64,000 nt of DNA, taken from NCBI RefSeq assembly GCF_001194135.2, contig NC_068984.1, positions 57,042,642 through 57,106,641 of the forward strand. Direction: 5' to 3'. The position numbers and the translations under genes are program-made. A model generated the notes under the pieces. The model was not told the origin of the DNA and made no database searches. It worked only from the letters and a program-made list of their open reading frames with translations. Positions 52,411 to 64,000 of this stretch are shown here, in pieces; position 1 is the first letter of the stretch, and each line of letters begins with the position of its first letter. This DNA is from Octopus bimaculoides. Taxonomy: Eukaryota.

Positions 52411-52580
52411 AGGGAGAATTCACAAAAAAAAAACAAAAGATGAAGACAGGTGGTGTAGACAGCAAACAGATGTATTAGTTTAACGCTTAAAGAGCACATG
52501 CATATGTATCAGTACAGGTAGAAAAATGAGAGGGTTTTTTTCCATTTCAAGCATAGCTCTTCATCAGAAAAGAAAACAGA
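52411..52580 (-). mobile_element. Penelope-like pLTR relic with decayed hammerhead core
   Basis: Minus strand CTGATGAAGAGCTATGCTTGAAATG at about 52567-52543. Confidence 0.5.
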
Positions 52581-53350
52581 AAAATATCACTAACAGCACT
52601 TGTATGGTTACGTATGCACGCAGACTTCCCAATTTAAGATGGTAAGATGTAATTTGAAGGAGATTTGGCTGCTATTTCTAGTTAGTGAAGCAATCCATAG
52701 AGCCTTTCTTTTTGGCTATTTGTATGCAGATAGTGTATGTTATGGAAAATTATATAAAGTTTGTATTTTTTTTTTAGGTTGTCTGTGTTACATAATATTG
52801 ACCATGTGCATAGTTAGTGTTCCTGTCAATACCCACACTCTATTAGCAGCAAGAATGGATGCCTTTTAGACTTAGGCCACCAATATCATTTTCACCCTTA
52901 CTGCCAGAAAGTGGCTTAAATCTTATCTCATTGTTTCATTGGAGATATTTTTGTGTTAGATTATTCTTGTGTCCTGACTACCATCAAAAACCACCACCAC
53001 AATTGTTGCATCTATATTTTCTCTTCTAAAATTACCTTTCATTTTGTTTTTTGTTTTTTTCAAATACTTTCTTGATAATTTTCATAAATAACCTGGAAGA
53101 GACAGATGAAATGAGTAGAGTGATGTGGAATGTAGTTATTGCTAATGAAAGTGAAAAAAGAGGATTGATGAAAGCTGGGATTTGATATTTATTTTGCTTG
53201 ACTGTTTGTATTTTCTTCCATTACAGTGATCATAATAAAAACCTTTAAATCTAGTTAGTCATGGGAGTTTAATAAATTATTGGTTCCCTTAATAACCAAT
53301 CCCTAGCTACATCCATATTCTAAATGCTTCCTGTAATTAAAATCATATAG

Positions 53351-53386
<36 letters not shown>

Positions 53387-54232
53387 ATGTGTTGCACTTA
53401 CCATTTTATGATATTTTGATACCTCATGTTTGTGGAAAGATATCACATAGACATTTAGCTTTCCTTTCATCAGAAATAGGCACTCTAACTTCTGAATCAC
53501 TCCCTTGATTCAACACATTTCCTAAACTGTATGATATATGAGCCTGTAATGATATCCCTACATTACCAGTTGACCTGCTAGAAACAGCATCCAAATCATT
53601 CACAATTTATATTCTATTAACTCAAAACAAGATAGACTCTGGACAATGTAGTCAAAAATATATCTAAAATTAGTTGAATAATCATTGCTTGAATGCCTTT
53701 AATCAAAGGTCTTCTATAGTAGGTCTACTCTCAAGCTAAACAACAACACCAGAAGTTCATATAATTTCCTGTGTACTATTCTATGCCAGATCTGATATCA
53801 CTATTCCCTCAAATGCCATCTTAAAGTTAGAGACACTGGACAATGTATACACAAAATAATGAGTTGGGCATAGTTAGAATATCTTTAATCATAGGTCTGC
53901 TCAATGTGGGTTAGCCTGTGGTTCACCAATGCTGACACATAGTTATAGAGGGTTTTAGCTGTTGGAAAAGAAACAAAAGTAATTAAAGTGACATTTAAGT
54001 AATAAATTTTGGTAAAAGTTTACATTATATAAACTACTAGTCCAAACATCCTAATTGAGGTTATAACTGAGATGAACTTTTAGTTATGTTTATTATATTG
54101 TAACTAATCCCATAACCAACATTAAACAGCTGCAAAAATGAATTTCAATTCTACAAAAAAATTCTTTTATGAAAATTTTTTTTGTATATATTATCAAATA
54201 TGTATTATCTAACACACACACATGTACATACA

Positions 54233-55364
54233 CAAGGGGTGTTCATTAAAAATGACCCACTTCCCGAGGACTGGGATAAATGAAACCTGGCATAATTATT
54301 AACCCTTCTCTACATATCCACCACTAATGGTGACACACTTCTCCCATTGCTTTATGTAGATGTGAAGACCTCATCTGTAGAAGTCATTAAATTGCATCTG
54401 GAGCCAAAACTTTACCTCAGAAATAAGTTCATCATCATCCAAAAAGTGCTTCCTCATCAAAAAAGATTTCATGGTTGGAAAGAAGTGGAAATCAGATGGT
54501 GTGAGGTTGGGAGAGTAAGGGGGATGAGGAAGGATTTCAGAGCCACAGGAGTGTGCTTTCATCTGCACAACATGTGCATTGTGAACTGGGGGTGTTATCT
54601 TGGAGGAGGCAGACTCCTTCGGTCAGCATGCCACACTTCTCTGCTTTGATGTCATCCTACAATTTCTGCAGCAGGTAAGCATAATATGCCCCATTAATTG
54701 TGGTGCACTTTGTCAGAAAATCCATCATCACTGCTCTATGTTGGTCCCAAAAGACTGAGCATCATCTTGCCTGCTGAGGGTTGGACACAAGCCTCCTTTG
54801 GAAGTGGTGAGTTATCATGCTTCCATTACTTTGACTGGACTTTAGTCTCAGGATCCTAGTGATGGACCTATGTTTTATCCAGTGTTATAAGTCTGCCGAA
54901 AAAATTCTCCTTGTTTTCTTGACACATTGCCAAAAGAGTCTGAGAGCAAGTGACTCATTCCTACTTCTGAAAAGGTGTGAGCATCCGGGGAATCCATCGT
55001 GCAGACAACTTCTGCATGTGCAAATGATCATGAATGATTTTCTCTATAGACCCTACACTTATCTTCACTTCTTGGGCTAGTTGCCAAATAGTTATGCAGC
55101 GATCCTCATCCAGGAATAGGAGCAGTTTCCACTGATGTCTGGTGCATTGTCACCATAAACTTCTTCCATCTCATCAAAAGTCTCTTTTAGTGTATGACCT
55201 TTCAAGTATAAGAACCTCATCACTGATCTGCTTTCAACTGCCTCCATTATAACTCCTTAGTCCACTTTAGCAGCTGTAAAAGACAAACAAATACTAATGC
55301 AAAGTGGTAATTTACAATGTGACATGTAGGGACATATATCATTACTCTTAATGAACATCCCTCA
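54233..55364 (-). mobile_element. Near-full-length decayed mariner (DD34D type)
   Basis: TIRs CAAGGGGTGTTCATTAA / TTAATGAACATCCCTCA; HPPYSPNLTPSDFHFF motif; many stops and frameshifts. Confidence 0.9.
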
Positions 55365-55366
55365 TG

Positions 55367-55410
<44 letters not shown>

Positions 55411-55413
<3 letters not shown>

Positions 55414-55794
55414 GGTGCGGTAAACAAATTGTCGTCTAAATTACACAGAAATGAAACTAACACTGACATCTCATTTTAACAAATATATTTACCAAAATTG
55501 CATTAAAATATCTCAAAATACTAAAGAATAAATTTATTCAATAAAATCACCATTGGCTTCAACCATGGCCACCAGACGACTTCGAAATCTCCTGCAACTC
55601 TTCAGGACAGTCTCTTTGCTTAAGTTGGTGAATGCTGCCATAATCCTTGCTTTCAGTTCATATTTAGTGTTACAGGGAGTTTTATTGATCTCTTGCTCAA
55701 CTGCACCCCACATATAATAATCGAGGGGGTTGGAATGGGTGTTAGGTGGCTAGATGTTAGGGGTGATGTGGTCACAGAAATTGTCCGACAGCTG
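55411..55794 (-). mobile_element. maT-like transposon 3'-end fragment, same family as 4868-5700
   Basis: TA-CAGGGTGCGGT TIR; aligns to 4868-5225. Confidence 0.88.
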
Positions 55795-55889
55795 TTTAAT
55801 GTACGATAGCATCTTATAAATTTAATGTACGATAGCATCTTATAAAGCTAGATTTATATATCCTAAATTTACAGAAGAATTTGCCGTTG

Positions 55890-55962
55890 GGTCAGTTTAG
55901 CTTAGAGGTAAAGCACTAGACACGTACTCTCAGGGATGTGAGTTTGAGTCTCATGGCTGGCC
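55890..55962 (+). pseudogene. Solitary tRNA-like sequence (tRNA pseudogene or SINE head)
   Basis: Cloverleaf: GGTCAGT/GCTGGCC acceptor, GCTT/AAGC D stem, GTGAG-TTTGAGT-CTCAT T arm. Anticodon arm imperfect (loop CACGTAC); TTTTT 8 nt downstream. Confidence 0.6.
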
Positions 55963-55997
55963 GCTGACACATTTTTCTGAAAAATATGGGTAGTTTA

Positions 55998-56380
55998 TCC
56001 TGTTTTTGCTATATTATTAGCATTATCCTGCATTTGAGAATAAAATTATTTCCTCATATATATGTGTATATATATATATGTATATGTCTATATATGTATA
56101 TATATGTATGTATATGTATATATATGTATGTATATATATATGTATGTATATATATGTATATATGTATATATATATATATATATGTATATATATGTATGTA
56201 TGTATGCATATGTATATCTATGTATATATATGTATATATGTATGTATGTATATATATATGTATATATATATATCTTTATATATATATANNNNNNNNNNNN
56301 NNNNNNNNNNNNNNNNNNNNNNNNNNNNNNNNNNNNNNNNNNNNNNNNNNNNNNNNNNNCATACATACATATGTATATGT
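55998..56380. repeat. Complex (TA)/(TG) low-complexity tract with N gap
   Basis: Directly visible. Confidence 0.95.
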
Positions 56381-56705
56381 ACAGCCTGCTCGTGAAATTA
56401 ACGTGCAAGTGGCTGAGTACTCTACAGATACGTGTACCCTTAATGTAGTTCTCGGGAACATTCAGCATAACACAGTGTGACAAGGCTGGCCCTTTGAAAT
56501 ACAGGCACAGCAGAAACAGGAAGAAAGAGTGAGAGAAAGTTGTGGCGAAAGAGTACAGCAAGGTTCGCCACCATCCCCTGCCGGAGCCTCGTGGAGCTTT
56601 AGGTGTTTTCTCTCAATAAACACTCACAACGCCCGGTCTGGGAATCGAAACCGCGATCCTATGACCGCGAGTCCGCTGCCCTAACCACTGGGCCATTGCG
56701 CCTCC
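56381..56705 (-). mobile_element. SINE family B, young copy
   Basis: Head GGAGGCGCAATGGCCCAGTGGTTAGGG...GGTTTCGATTCCC with CpGs intact; close to 30600-30904. Confidence 0.9.
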
Positions 56706-57983
56706 ACACTTACATAATAATAATAATATAATAATGAAAATAATGAAAAGCACTTTGGATAATGTCAATCATGATGTTATATTAAAAAAAAAATAAAAAG
56801 AATATGAGACAGATTGTCATTGCTGGAATACATTTGGTCATAGGGGAGACCTGTTCAATTATGACTGACTGGGGCAAAACAACAACAATCATTTGAAACA
56901 ACCTACTCACATTATTCATCATCTATTTGAGGTGGGGGGAACTGTGTTTTTGCTTCAGTTATGTAATTATTGGTATTGTCATCCAAATTTAGATAATATA
57001 TTTTCCCAATAAATTGTTATATTTAGAGATAGTATTCCCAATATATCCATCCACATTTAGAAATGATATTCTCTATATGTCTATTACAAACCTGAACAAG
57101 TTTTTCTTTTCATAGTTATTTTAATTTCAAAATCACTGTTATATCACAAATGTGAACATTAATAGTGGATGTCATGTTAGCTTTTTATATAATATGACCT
57201 GATCTAAGAGTTACTAATCAGTAAAAGATTTAAATATTCTAATCAAATTACCAATAATTTACAGTACTGTTTGTTGTATGGGGATCAATTGAAATTCTTT
57301 TACAATATTTTGGTGTTTAGCTTAAAAACTACTATGAATGAGCAGACATGATTCAAGACTTTTCAAGAATGACCAACATATTTTCTTTTCTGGAATAGTG
57401 TACGTATGAGTACTATCCAATTTGTCCTTCCTTTTTAGTTATTTAAAGAGATTTGGCTGATATTTCTCACAGACTAAGCAGCCATGTAGAGGCTCTTTTT
57501 ATGTGTTTATTTGATGTTCTTTTACTTATTTTCATCATGTCCATATATTTTATCCATTCTTTGCATTTAATAGTCATATGTGACTTCTGTTCAGTGGTAA
57601 CACATAGGCAAGAGGCCAGTTCAAAGAGGAACTAATTGACAAGACTAGTGTATTTTCAGTAAATTGTCTCTTCATGCTACCAGTGTGAAATGCTTTGACA
57701 TTTGCTTTAATCTGACTCCCTCACTTTACTTCTTCTCTCAGTCCAGCACTTTAACAGGAAATATTTGTGATATATTCTTGTATCTATCTAATCAGTTATC
57801 TTCAATCAGACAGATAATGAGAGATTTCTTTAGGGAGTAAATATCTGTATGATCTGGGATTGTTATTAGATTGCCATCTTATTAAGATGTCTTTACTCAC
57901 AAAAGTAAAGGGAGCAGAAGTTGAAACAAAGTTCAAACTTAAGTATAACTGACTCATCCACTGTTTTTCATACCCCTTACCTC

Positions 57984-58117
<134 letters not shown>

Positions 58118-58201
58118 AAATTTAATAATAAGGGTAGAAATTGATATTAATCAATTAAAACCAGTGGTACAGCATATTAAAAAGATCCGAAGATTAAAAT
58201 T

Positions 58202-58387
58202 ATATTACATACACAAATAAGAGGAATGACCAACAAAAGTGGACTCCTATATGCTAGAAATAGATGCCGAATCATCTAACCACGAAGAATATGTTCTCAG
58301 TATTCGTGGTTAGATGATTCAGCATCTATTTCTAACATATAGGAGTCCACTTTTGTTGTTCATTCTTCTTATTTGTGTATGTAATAT
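58202..58387. repeat. Long near-perfect inverted repeat
   Basis: 85-bp arms 58202-58286 and 58303-58387, about 4 mismatches, 16-nt loop. Confidence 0.92.
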
Positions 58388-58419
58388 GTGTATATATATA
58401 TGTATGTATGTATATATTT

Positions 58420-59270
58420 AAAAGGTGCAAAAGATATTTGAGGACAGATTTATGTTTATGAAAAAACAGATATATAATAACAGATAACTTTATTTATCAA
58501 AAAATGCTATGAAGATAAAAATAAACCTTTTTTATAATGTTATTCAATAAAGTCACCTTCAGCTTCAATAACTGCTTCTATACAAAATCTAAACTGTCTA
58601 CATGTTCAAATCAAGTGGTCTTGGTTCATTTTGGCCGTTACTCTGATTATGGCAGCTTTTAAAGAATCTTTGGTGTTATGGGCATGTTCATTGACCTCCC
58701 TCTCAACAACACTCCACATATAATAGTCCAATCGTTTGAGATCTGGAGAAAGAGGAACTCAAATTTTAGGGGTTATATGATCATGAAAATTTTCAGCCAT
58801 CCATTCTTCTGTTACTAGAGTCATGTGTGATGGTGCAATCTTGCTGAAACACATATGGCCTTCCATTGCATACACTGTCTATCCTAGGCTTAACAACTGT
58901 TTCCAGGACCTCACTGTAGGCAGCAGAGTTAACTCTAAGGCCTTGTGGAAAGACGTAAGGAGGCATCACATGCCCTTCATTGCTAACAACCCCTAAAACC
59001 ATGACAGTTGCAGGAAATTTTGCATGCATAACTCTTGAAACTTCAGAAGAGACTGCACATAACCTTCTGTCATTTCTTTTGTTAACATTTTTGATCTTGG
59101 TCAAAGTTTTTCTCGTCTGACTACTCTCCTCAATGTATTTACTCAGTGCAGTATACCCAGATGTTTAAGAAATTTGCTCCACAACCACTAAGTTCCAGAT
59201 TCTCTCCCAATCTGTGACTTTTCAGGCAAATGCCTTTTAGTATGGCCATGAGTCAACGGAAACCTTGTAA
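58420..59270 (-). mobile_element. Second maT (DD37D)-like transposase relic
   Basis: SDEKNFDQDQK; KFPATVMVLGVVSNEGHVMPPYVFPQGLRVN...GRPYVFQQD; IEAVIEAEGDFIE*. Ends approximate. Confidence 0.85.
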
Positions 59271-60480
59271 GTGAAACTGGATAATAAGACTATATAGAAG
59301 CTCATAGATGGGTTGTACATATAATATGAGTATACAACCTTGTCACACACTGTCATGTTAACTCTAGCTACAAATTATGTAAAAGGTCCCTGTGTGGGTG
59401 GAGTATTCAGCCATTGAATGTTAATTCAATGAACAGGTAGTTTAGTTGATTGAATAACTGAAAACTCATGACTGGATTTCAAACTGATGTACCATTTTTT
59501 ATATCTACTCAGTGTTTCAATGAGTTTGATTCCCAGTTGTCATCAGATGTTTTAGTTTTGGATACATACTTTGTATCAGACTGGATTAAAATTACAAACC
59601 TTTATTTCTAAAAGAAGAGAATTAATCTTCTTTCTTATCCATCGATTGGCTTTGGATATCAAACTGATTGAAATATAAATAAATAGATTAAAGATAACGT
59701 TAATAGGTCTAGAAATTATAATCTTAATATCTAATCTTCTCTAGCGTTTTATAATTTTTATGTTTCTTCCCCTGTAATACATGGTTTAAATATCAGATTA
59801 CCTTTCTAAATTTCTTTTGGTTGGAATAATTTTTATTCACCATCATCATCACCGTCATCCACTTTCCATGCTGGTATATTGTTCTGAGATTATTTAATAA
59901 TTTAAAATGTTTTTTTGGGGGTTTTTTTTCATGTGTAATATGTAGCTGTTCATAATCGCCATGATTTTTTTTGCTGTTTACAAAACGTGCAAATTATTCA
60001 AATTAAGTCATTTCTGAAGATTTACTACAACTGGTCTTGTCTGGCTTAATTAAAGTCATGCTAACCGTTCCATTGTTTATGTCAGTTTATACTACACGAA
60101 AGCTTCCATTTTTATTTGTTATGCCAAACTGGAAATAGGTTAATGTGTTATTATGTTGCTTTTGAAAAGTGAGTTTTCTAAATTTAAATGGAGGTTTGAT
60201 GTTAAACCAGTCATAATAGTTTCCAAGATTATTATTATTATATAAATGAAAAGATTATTTATCCATATGAAACCAATTAATAAGAGTTATTAATGAAAGT
60301 CACCTCTAGCATTTAGCAGTTAATATTTTGACTGCCTGATATGATTCCTTATTGAATTCAGTATGGAAGAGTGAGAACAGTCAATTCTTTTATGGTTGGC
60401 TGGGTATATCATAAGGCTATGAAACAAGTTGATATTTGCTTGTCTTGGCAGATAACCACAAATCTCAGTTTTATTATTAA

Positions 60481-60719
60481 CCCTTTCCTTACCAACCAGG
60501 CTGAAACCAGCTCTGGCTCTGAGTACAAATGTCTTGTTTTCATAACTTTTGAATTAAAATCTCCCACCGAATCTATGTCACAATTTATGTTCCTAACACT
60601 AACTAAGATATTTTACTAAATTCTTTGTTATATTTTAAAGTAATTGAAAGAAACACAGAATATTTAAAGTAATTGAAAGAAACACAGAGCATCTCAAAAT
60701 AAATACAGTAACGAAAGGG
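60481..60719. mobile_element. piggyBac-type MITE
   Basis: TTAA TSD on both sides; TIRs CCCTTTCCTTAC / GTAACGAAAGGG. Confidence 0.85.
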
Positions 60720-62141
60720 TTAAGAATAGGGGAAAAAAAGTAAGGTTTGATGGTGCTGCTGGAATAAAAGGTGTCTGATATGAGTGGAATTCCAAAATGA
60801 GGAAATTCCTTTTGTAGATTGTGTCTGTATTTGGATGCTGAGTTCTATAAAGCACTAATATTTTGATTAGTTATTGCTTTATGAGGGGAGGTCAGTAAAG
60901 AGACTAGTAACTTTTACCATTCAGCATTATTATGTAATAAAATAGACCAATTCTATAGTTGAAAGTATTAGGTTTGATAATAATGTTTGTGTGTGTGTGT
61001 GTGTGCATGCATGCATGCATGCGTGCGTGTGTGTGTGTGAGAGAGAGAGAGGAAGCAGATAGTCACAGATGTTTGTTGAATGAGTTTTAGTATTGCTATC
61101 ATATGAGATTATAGTTATATAATTAGCAAAGGTGGTACTTTCATACAGAGTTAACTGCTCATAATCAATCAAATACTTTTTGATACTAACTTGTTTAAAA
61201 TCACCACGAGTTCTTTGATACAAAATCTCCTGTTTAAAAGTGTTCATATTTAAATTAAAACCTTCCACCATAATTTCATGTCAGAATGTTTCACTAAGTT
61301 ATGTTCTAAGCACCTGCTTAATAACTGCAAACTTATTTTACTAAATCTCCCAAATTCCTGAATAATTTCAAAGTTAATTGAAACATCACAAGTGTGCTGA
61401 ATACGACTAAAGTCTTTTATTTGATAAAGACACATTGCTTATTTGATAAAGACACAGTTGTTGTTTGATGAGATAAAAACATTACTATTTATGTTTAACA
61501 AAATGGTGTGTTATGAGAAGGGAAATTTAACATTTTAGATGGCAAACACGATTTAAAATGATACAATTATTTCCTGGTGGCATGCTTCCTAACAGTCTCA
61601 AAAGTCCTTCAAGAAGCATATGAGCATTGTCCTTACTTTTCTGAATAAACCATTACAAAATTTTCCTTAAAATGATATACCAAATATCCCTATCTTTTTT
61701 TTTTTATGAACTGAATGTAGACTATTATTATTCTCTTTATTTATGCTCTGAGGGTGAAAAATTGATTGAACATTTGCAATATAATTGAGAAGTTAGGAAA
61801 TCATTTGTTCCAACAATCCAGGTATTTGAATTGGCAGAAATATTTAATTTAATGTAGTTTAAGATATTCAAATGTAGATGACAGCTTCTAAACTTTGCTT
61901 AAGATGTGAATGACTTCTACACTGTGGGTAGAACTCATTGTGGGTGAGTTCTACACTGTATCTAGCTCATATTATATGTTTATGTATAAGCTTTATCTAG
62001 AAGACTTGGAGAGCTAGTCAAACAACATTTTTCAGATATATATTAAAAGATATTGTTATATTTGGAGATGGTCTCATATTTTGTCAATTAAACATACACA
62101 CTATATGTTGGGTCTTTACCATAGCTTTATTATTATTATTA

Positions 62142-62314
62142 TTTTTATTTCTTTGTCAAAGCTCCTTTGTCACACATCCTGTAACCTCTTCAGCAGCTCT
62201 TTATCCTACTAAGTCTGAAATGGACTAAGCAAAACAAAAGGAGACATGTGATATAAAGAGTGTTTAAGAGATCTCAGGATGTATGACAAAAGATCTTTGA
62301 CAAAGAAATAAAAA
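62142..62314. repeat. Fold-back inverted repeat (MITE-like)
   Basis: About 48-bp arms TTTTATTTCTTTGTCAAAG..CTTTGTCA.ACATCCTG...CTCTT and their reverse complement; further inner pairing CTCTTTAT/ATAAAGAG. Confidence 0.85.
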
Positions 62315-64000
62315 AAAAGCTGAAGGAAAGGTCAAACATACTGTGCATGTGTTTAATTGGTAAAATATGACCACCCCCAAGTATAACGATATTTGTTTCA
62401 ACACACACTTTCACATCAAGGATCTTGTAAAACAAATACATAAATGTGTATTAAAAGGGCTAAATGAAAACAAAAACAAAAAAATGTCATATTTTCATTT
62501 TATTGAATCTTCTGTTGTTTTTATTGTTTACCTCCTGGTCAACTTCAATCCAGCTGACCTATGATCAAAAGTTTTCTACCTATAACCATCTTGTCTTTTT
62601 GCTTATTAGGGACTATGCAGCCCAGTTGTTTTTCTGTTTTTAAGACAGATGGGGAATGATTTAAGAGAGATTTAGCTGCTATTTGAGCATGTGAAGGCTT
62701 CCTTATTGATTCTGCCTCTAGATGTATATATATATGGTGTTTCCATAAAATTACTTTCAATATATAGTTTTGTGTATAATGCTAATGTTCAGCACTGATT
62801 GTCTGTGTTTAAACACACAAAATGTTCAAATGAATTAAGGTATCAGGCTATCTACTGCTAGCATTCCATCTTATTTCTGGCGGAATGCTTTGTCTCAGTC
62901 AGGTTAACTGTTGAGAAGTAGGTACTATTATAATCTGACTATGTTACCTGTGATAGACTGGGTAACTATTCAGGGAAGAGATTTATCCCCCCATCTCTTT
63001 CACACCAAGAAACAGGAGCTAAGTACTAACTCATATGAGACATTGACTTTTTGGAGATGTACAGATAGGCATGTGTATGCATGCACACACACACACATTT
63101 ACGTAGCTATAAAATGTTCTAGAAAAGATAACTACTTTGGCAAACATAATAGGGAATGAGAAATTTTTAATAAATATTCCCAAGTTTTCTAATATTTATG
63201 GAATGTCAAGTAGAACCATTATATTTATTTTTATTCTCCAAACTGATAATATAACTTTCCTTTCCTTTCTCAGGAATCTCTCTGTAATATAACTTAGAAT
63301 TAATGGGATACACTTGTGCAAAAACACAAGATATAGTTTCCATGAATAGACAAAGATTTCCATGAATAATCCACTGAAAGAATAAAGATTTCGCTAAATA
63401 TTTGTGTTCTGTTTCTGCTCAGGTACTATTTATCTACAGTTTGGAGCATAGTATAGAAATATCAGTGAAAGCTGGAACATAATGTAGAAAAATCAGTAAA
63501 AGCTGAATGTCTGAGCACATTTCTAATAGTAAATTCCATGCATCAAAAGAGGAATCCTCTCCTTCATTGGTCCTTGGACTGAAAAATAACATTCGTCTCT
63601 TGCCAAATATTACTGAATTTTTTTATCCTTCCCTACATTAACCTAAAGACAAAATAGTTTGCATTCATATACTTCTTTCTATGTCATGGTGTTAGCAATA
63701 CAAAAAAGTTTAAAACTACCTACATTTTATTTGCCTAATTTTTTTCTTTGATTCTTGACTCCCACTTCTATGAGAAACACTATTCTACATGGCCATGCAA
63801 CTTTCAACAAACAGCAGTGGTATATCCCTTAAATCATAAATTACCAGTTTGAAAACTATGAAAACAAATCAGTTAATTGTAAGGACCCCTTTGGAACTGA
63901 GCAATAACAGCAACTTTGAAGTTGCTCAACAGATAACAAATTTAGTATATCAAGTGATCATTAAAGTCATTTTTTTTTTCTTTTAATGAAAAAGGAAGTC

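Overview
AT-rich, repeat-dense eukaryotic DNA with several N gaps inside microsatellites. The SINE, RTE and mariner families resemble those of Octopus (inferred from repeat sequence only). No intact long ORF is present. The first ~2.7 kb is CpG-rich and promoter-like; the rest is CpG-depleted, consistent with a methylated gene body. Several short plus-strand exon candidates (about 11.6-41.3 kb) suggest one intron-rich host gene that I could not identify. Mobile elements: an internally deleted Ty3/Gypsy element with both LTRs (2097-4292), three maT-like and one mariner DD34D transposon relic, a Helitron 5' fragment, RTE, CR1/L2, R4/Dong-like and Penelope-like relics, a piggyBac-type MITE and at least four SINE-like families. 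Most notable: head-to-tail SINE arrays built on (AAT)n tracts, one of which also holds an R4/Dong-like LINE; several long fold-back hairpins; decayed hammerhead-ribozyme motifs; and a solitary tRNA-like element. I found no clear novel biological system.
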